Assembly (NCBI GenBank): GCA_025459425.1
Contig: JALOQF010000014.1
Coordinates: forward strand, 1 to 32,000
DNA from: Myxococcaceae bacterium
GTDB taxonomy: Bacteria > Myxococcota > Myxococcia > Myxococcales > Myxococcaceae
Reading direction: 5' to 3'
DNA: 32,000 nucleotides
The notes below the pieces were generated by a model that made no database searches, was not told the DNA's origin, and saw only the letters and a list, made by a program, of their open reading frames with translations. The position numbers and the translations under genes were made by a program. Positions 27,685 through 32,000 of this stretch are shown here, in pieces. Positions within the stretch are counted from its first letter, which is position 1. Every line of letters begins with the position of its first letter.

Positions 27685-28877
27685 CCCGTTCCCTCCTGTT
27701 GCGCGCGCTCGTCGTGGTGAGCCTCGGCCTCGCGCCCGCTGCCCGGTCGGCGCCCGACGCGTGCGGCGGCGTGAAGCTCGAAGCCGGCGCGATTCGCCTC
27801 GGCAAGCCGCTCACCGACGCCTTCGTGAAGACGGCCGACGGGAAAGCCTGCCTCGGCGACGTGGTGAAGGAGGTCGAGCGCAACCGCCTCGTGCGCGCGG
27901 TGACGGTGGCCGCCATCGTGTCGGACGCGGAGCGCGCGAGCGGCAAGGGCCTCGACGCGGCGAAGGCCGTCGCGGCGGCGCTGGTGGACGCGGGCCTGCC
28001 GAAGAACCGCGTCTTCAGCCTCGCGCCCGCGCCGCAGCGCACCGACGTGCCCGGCCTGTCGCTGCGCTACGTCGAGCGCGCGCCGGAAGACGTCGTGGCC
28101 CGGGTGGCCGCCGCGGGCGGGAGCGTGTTCCTCGGCGCCGACGAGCGCGCCCTCAAGCCCGCCGAGCCCGGCATGCCGGTGCTGGTGAACGAGCTGGTGA
28201 AGACGGGCCCCAACGCGCGCGCCACCATCGCCATGAAGGACGGCAGCACCGTCGAGGTGAAGCCCGAGTCGACCATCAAGCTCGCCGTCATGCAGTTCCC
28301 CGCCGGTGGGGAGCGGCAGGTGAAGATCGAGATTCTGGGTGGCGGCATCGTGGCCGACGTGAAGAAGGCCACCCAGCTCGGCCGCTTCGAGGCCTCGACG
28401 CGCGTGGCGGTCGCCTCGGTGCGCGGCACGCAGTTCCGGCTCGGCGTCTCGGAAGACAGCGGCGCGCGCCTCGAGACCCTCGAGGGAGTCGTCGGCGTCG
28501 CGCCGGCGAACGACCCGTCGGCCACGCCGGTCGAGGTGAGCGCGGGCCAGGGCACGCTGGTGAGCGCCGAGGGCAAGGTCGAGCCGCCGAGCGCGCTCCC
28601 GGCCGAGCCCGTGCCCACCGCGCCGCTGAAGGGGGCGCTGGGGGCCGACGCGCGGCTCGACTGGCAGGCCGTCACCGGCGCCACCAGCTACCGCGTCGAG
28701 CTGGCGCGCGACCCCGACTTCCTCGTCGACGCGAAGAGCGCTTCGACCGAGGCCACCACGCTGTCGTGGCCCGAGGCGCTCGCGAAGGGCAAGTGGTTCT
28801 GGCGCGTCACCGCCGTCGACGCGAAGGGCTTCTCGGGCCCCTCGTCGAAGATCTACGCCTTCACGGTGGGCAAGTGA
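27681..28877 (+). CDS. Periplasmic FecR-domain protein with a C-terminal Fn3/Ig-like domain
   Basis: Track ORF of 398 aa with an ATGA overlap on the OmpA stop. The signal is MTRSLLLRALVVVSLGLAPAARS|A. The FecR-type segment is VLVNELVKTGPNARATIAMKDGSTVEVKPESTIKL...ASVRGTQFRLGV. The C-terminus reads LDWQAVTGATSYRVELARDPDF...WFWRVTAVDAKGFSG (Fn3-like). There is no TM anchor or anti-sigma domain. Confidence 0.85.
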
Positions 28878-31798
28878 CGAAGCCCGGCCGCCTCGACCTT
28901 CCGGGCCTTGGGCTCGTGGGAGGCGCGCTCGCCCTCTGGGTGATGCGCGACGAGGCGGCGTGGGCGTTGACGGCGCGCTTCAAGGAGGTGGGGTTTCCTC
29001 CGCTGGCGCTGTTGGTGCGCGCGAGCGTCGCGCTGCTCGGCGCGGCGGGCCTCTTCCGGGTTCGCGACACCCTGCGGGCGCTCGGCGCGGGGGCGCTGGG
29101 TGTGCTCGACGCGGCCGAGGCGCGGCTCTCGGCGCTGCCCACCACCCGGGGCCGCGTGCTGCGGTCGCTCGCCCTCACGCTCGTCGCCTCGGGCCTCACG
29201 CTGACGCTCTTCGAGGCCACGCCGCTGGGGCCGATGCTCGAGACGCGCGTGCTCGACCTCTTCTTCCGCCTGCGCTTCCCCGAGCGCTCGCAGGCCGAGC
29301 TCGCGACGGGCCAGGCGCTCCCCTCGGCCAACCCCCAGCCCGACGTGGTGGTGGTGGCCGTCGACGACGACACCATCTCGCACCTGGGTTGGCCGCTCCC
29401 GCGCGTCCACTACGCGCGGCTGCTCGAGCGGCTCTCGACGGCAGGCGCCCGCCGGGTAGCCTTCGACGTCGCCTTCGTGGACGCGTCGCGTGAGCACCCG
29501 GAGTGGGACACGGCGCTGGGCGCGGCAGCCCGGGCGGCGCCCACCTCGGCCTTCACCTTCACCGTCGCACGGCTGGGCACCGACGCGCGGCCGACCATGT
29601 CGGAGCGCGCGCTGGCGGCGCTCGACGCCAACTCGATTCCGCTCCACCCCTCGGCCGAGCGGCTGCCCCCGTACCCTGCGCTCGTGGGCGGAGACGTGGC
29701 GCCGCAGCCGGTGCTCGACGCGCTGCTCGAGTCGGGCCGGCCGCTGGCGATGGCGAACGTGCTGCTCGACTCGGGTGACGACCTCTTGCGGCACTCGCTC
29801 GTGGTGGCGCGCCTGTCGGGCCGGCTGCTGCCCTCGCTGTCCTTGCGGCTCGCGGCCGAGGAGCTCGGTGTGCCGCTCTCCTCCATCCGGGTGGAGCCGG
29901 GCTCGCACGTCGACCTCGGGGGCCAACGGCGCATTCCCATCGACGCGCTCGGGCGCACGCTGGTGCGCGCCCAGGGCCGGCACGACACGCGCGGCCAGGG
30001 ACCGTTCCAGTACGTGTCGATGTGGTCGCTCTTGCGCACCGACGTGACGCTCACCCTGGCCGGCAACCCGCTCGGAGAAGACCAGCGCTTCGTGCTCGAC
30101 GAGCAGACGCGCGTGACGAAGGACGGGGTGGTGGTGCCGGCGGCCGAGGTCGAGGGCCTCGTGCACGAGGGGGCGTTCCTCGCAGGCCGGGCCCGCTACT
30201 CGACGGACCCGGGCCGCATCGTCGAGCTGGCGTTCTCGTCGACGGCGCCGCGGCCGCCAGAGCCCGACTTCGAGCTGCTCGACGAGCACGTCATGCGCTT
30301 CGGCACGCTGGTGGCCTCGACGAAGCGCAACCAGCTCGACCCGGCGCTCTTCACCGGCAAGCACGTGCTGGTGGGCTCGACGGCGCTGGCCGCCGCCGAC
30401 CTGCGGAACACGCCGCTGGGTGAAGCGCCCGGCGTCGAGCACCACGCCACGATGCTGGCGAACATCCTCCACCAGGACTTCTTCACCGAGACGCCCCGGT
30501 GGGCCGGGGTGCTCTTCGTGCTCGCGGCGGCGCTCCTGGCGGCGCTCGGGGGCCTGTCGTTGTCGAGCGAGCTGGCGCTGCTGTCGACGGCGCTGCTGCT
30601 GCTCGCGTGGCTCACCGCCTCGTATGGCTCGTTCGTCTCGGGGGTGCGGGTGCCCGCCGTCGCGCCGGCGGTCTCGGCCTCGCTCAGCGCGCTCCTGGTG
30701 CTCGTGCTCGGCGCGCGCGCGGCCCGGCTCGCCCGTCGCAAGGCCGAGTCCGAGCGCGAGTTCGTTCGCCAGACGTTCGGCCGCTACCTCACCGAGCAGG
30801 TGGTGCAGCAGCTCCTCGACTCACCCGACGGGCTCGCGCTCGGCGGCAAGCGCGGCTTCGTCACCATCATGATGACCGACCTGCGGGGCTTCACGAGCAT
30901 GTGCGGCACCATGGAGCCCGAGGCGGTGGTGAAGCTGCTCAACCACTACCTCGAGGCGATGACGCGCATCATCACCCGCTACGGCGGCACCATCGACGAG
31001 TTCATCGGCGACGCCATTCTCGTCGTCTTCGGCGCCCCGGTTCCGCTCGAGCACCCCGAGCTCCGCGCGGTGGCCTGCGCCATCGAGATGCTCAACGTCA
31101 TGCCCGACATCAACGCGTGGAACGCGAAGCACGGCCTGCCCGCCGTCGAGATGGGCATCGGCATTCACAGCGGCGAGGTGGTGCTGGGGAACATCGGCTC
31201 CGAGCTGCGCGCGAAGTACGGCATCGTCGGCGCCACCATCAACCTCACCTCGCGCGTCGAGTCGTACACCGTCGGCGGCCAGGTGCTGCTCTCGGAGACG
31301 ACGCGCGAGCGGTGCGGAGACGCGCTCACCGTCGGCGCCTCGCAGGTGGTGTCACCCAAGGGCGTGAAGGGCACGATGACCATCTTCGAGGCGCTCGGCG
31401 TGGGCGCGCCCTTCGAGGTGTCGCTCACCTCGGCCGCCGAGGCGCTGGCGCCGCCCAACCGCGTGCTCGAGTTCCGCTACGCGCTCATCAAGAACAAGCA
31501 GGTGTCCGACGAGGTGCGCGTGGCGCGGGTCGAGGCCTTGTCCGACCGCGGGCTCGAGCTGAAGGTCGACGAAGCGCTCCCCACGCTGAGCGACCTGAAG
31601 CTCGAGCTGCTCGAAGACGGCGCCCCGCGCCCCGGCGAGCTCTACGGCAAGGTGCTCAAGGCCGACGTGCGGCCGAACGTCGTCTACCTGCGCCTCACCT
31701 CGGTGCCGAACGAGCTGCGCCCCGTGCTCGAGGCCGCGCGCTCCGTCGTCGCCCCTCCGTCCGTGCCGGTCGCGCCGTCTGCCCTGGTGTCGTCATGA
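28874..31798 (+). CDS. CHASE2 sensor / class III nucleotidyl cyclase (predicted guanylate cyclase) with an extra C-terminal domain
   Basis: This is the 3' 974 codons of track ORF 27761..31798, from the GTG at 28874. That GTG overlaps the FecR stop (GTGA); an alternative ATG lies at 28943. The CHASE2 hallmark is VVVVAVDDDTISHLGWPLPRVHYARLLERLSTAGARRVAFDVAFVD. Three TM helices span roughly 30480-30720. The cyclase core reads FVTIMMTDLRGFTS...GGTIDEFIGDAILVVFGAP...IGIHSGEVVLGNIGS...KYGIVGATINLTSRVES. Confidence 0.9.
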   Translation: MTKPGRLDLPGLGLVGGALALWVMRDEAAWALTARFKEVGFPPLALLVRASVALLGAAGLFRVRDTLRALGAGALGVLDAAEARLSALPTTRGRVLRSLALTLVASGLTLTLFEATPLGPMLETRVLDLFFRLRFPERSQAELATGQALPSANPQPDVVVVAVDDDTISHLGWPLPRVHYARLLERLSTAGARRVAFDVAFVDASREHPEWDTALGAAARAAPTSAFTFTVARLGTDARPTMSERALAALDANSIPLHPSAERLPPYPALVGGDVAPQPVLDALLESGRPLAMANVLLDSGDDLLRHSLVVARLSGRLLPSLSLRLAAEELGVPLSSIRVEPGSHVDLGGQRRIPIDALGRTLVRAQGRHDTRGQGPFQYVSMWSLLRTDVTLTLAGNPLGEDQRFVLDEQTRVTKDGVVVPAAEVEGLVHEGAFLAGRARYSTDPGRIVELAFSSTAPRPPEPDFELLDEHVMRFGTLVASTKRNQLDPALFTGKHVLVGSTALAAADLRNTPLGEAPGVEHHATMLANILHQDFFTETPRWAGVLFVLAAALLAALGGLSLSSELALLSTALLLLAWLTASYGSFVSGVRVPAVAPAVSASLSALLVLVLGARAARLARRKAESEREFVRQTFGRYLTEQVVQQLLDSPDGLALGGKRGFVTIMMTDLRGFTSMCGTMEPEAVVKLLNHYLEAMTRIITRYGGTIDEFIGDAILVVFGAPVPLEHPELRAVACAIEMLNVMPDINAWNAKHGLPAVEMGIGIHSGEVVLGNIGSELRAKYGIVGATINLTSRVESYTVGGQVLLSETTRERCGDALTVGASQVVSPKGVKGTMTIFEALGVGAPFEVSLTSAAEALAPPNRVLEFRYALIKNKQVSDEVRVARVEALSDRGLELKVDEALPTLSDLKLELLEDGAPRPGELYGKVLKADVRPNVVYLRLTSVPNELRPVLEAARSVVAPPSVPVAPSALVSS

Positions 31799-32000
31799 GA
31801 GCCTGCCTCGTCGTCGCGTTCTTCGTCCTGTCGGGCTGCAGCTGGCTCACCGCGCCACCGAGCGCGTGCAGCGATGGCGTCGTGAATGGTGAAGAGACCG
31901 ACGTCGACTGTGGCGGCCCCGGGTGTGGGCCCTGCGCTGGCGGGCTGGCGTGCCTCGAGGCCGACGACTGCGCTTCGGGCGCGTGCGTGCTCAACCGGTG
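31795..32000 (+). CDS. Cys-rich lipoprotein, 5' part only (runs off the window)
   Basis: Not in the track because it is open to the window edge. The ATG at 31795 overlaps the cyclase stop (ATGA). My translation is MRACLVVAFFVLSGC|SWLTAPPSACSDGVVNGEETDVDCGGPGCGPCAGGLACLEADDCASGACVLNR..., with lipobox LSGC and a GEETDVDCGG...C..C....C....DC.SG.C motif. Confidence 0.6.
   Translation, partial: MRACLVVAFFVLSGCSWLTAPPSACSDGVVNGEETDVDCGGPGCGPCAGGLACLEADDCASGACVLNR

Noticed and set aside
27761-28873. First 371 codons of the 1345-aa track ORF 27761..31798
   Set aside because: This is an off-frame reading of the FecR-domain gene (Arg/Gly-rich). CHASE2 homology and an N-terminal TM segment begin at the GTG at 28874, which overlaps the FecR stop.

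Overview
This is about 70% GC bacterial chromosomal DNA. The high GC leaves many long ORFs open on both strands, and I reject most of the long track ORFs as out-of-frame or antisense shadows. The gene content suggests Myxococcota (inference only): an OmpA protein with thrombospondin-type-3 repeats, Cys-rich lipoproteins and a CHASE2 cyclase.

I support about 27 genes, in window order:
- (-) A methionine-synthase locus with MetH encoded as two ORFs. It is preceded by an ArsR-HTH/SAM-methyltransferase-fold regulator (SahR-like) and a zinc-ribbon membrane protein.
- (-) Three small secreted or lipoprotein ORFs.
- (+) A 1064-aa lipoprotein with CarboxypepD_reg and PKD-like repeats.
- DoxX, an alpha/beta hydrolase and a Nudix protein.
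- (+) A stand-alone cNMP-binding protein translationally coupled to hprK.
- (-) A complete NAD(P)-linked bidirectional [NiFe] hydrogenase operon, hoxF-U-Y-H, plus a frame-disrupted hoxW-like endopeptidase.
- (+) An HExxH/zinc-ribbon membrane protein and a small zinc-ribbon membrane protein.
- (+) An MltF-like transglycosylase with a duplicated SBP domain, an MFS transporter and a second alpha/beta hydrolase.
- (+) A four-gene, overlap-coupled cluster: TSP3-OmpA, a FecR-domain protein, a CHASE2 class III cyclase and a Cys-rich lipoprotein (cut by the window end).

I found no rRNA, CRISPR array, transposase or integrase. One tRNA-like remnant is noted but not accepted as a gene.

Most interesting findings:
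1. The OmpA/FecR/CHASE2-cyclase module. Its cyclase carries a Glu/Gly purine-specificity pair, which predicts cGMP synthesis.
2. The hoxH/hoxW junction, where a G7 run (a G GGG GGC heptamer) separates the two frames by -1.
3. The split metH with a SahR-like regulator and an AT-rich palindromic operator candidate.

Two ORFs that run off the window edges (1..1827 on the minus strand, 31795..32000 on the plus strand) are missing from the supplied track. I translated them by eye.
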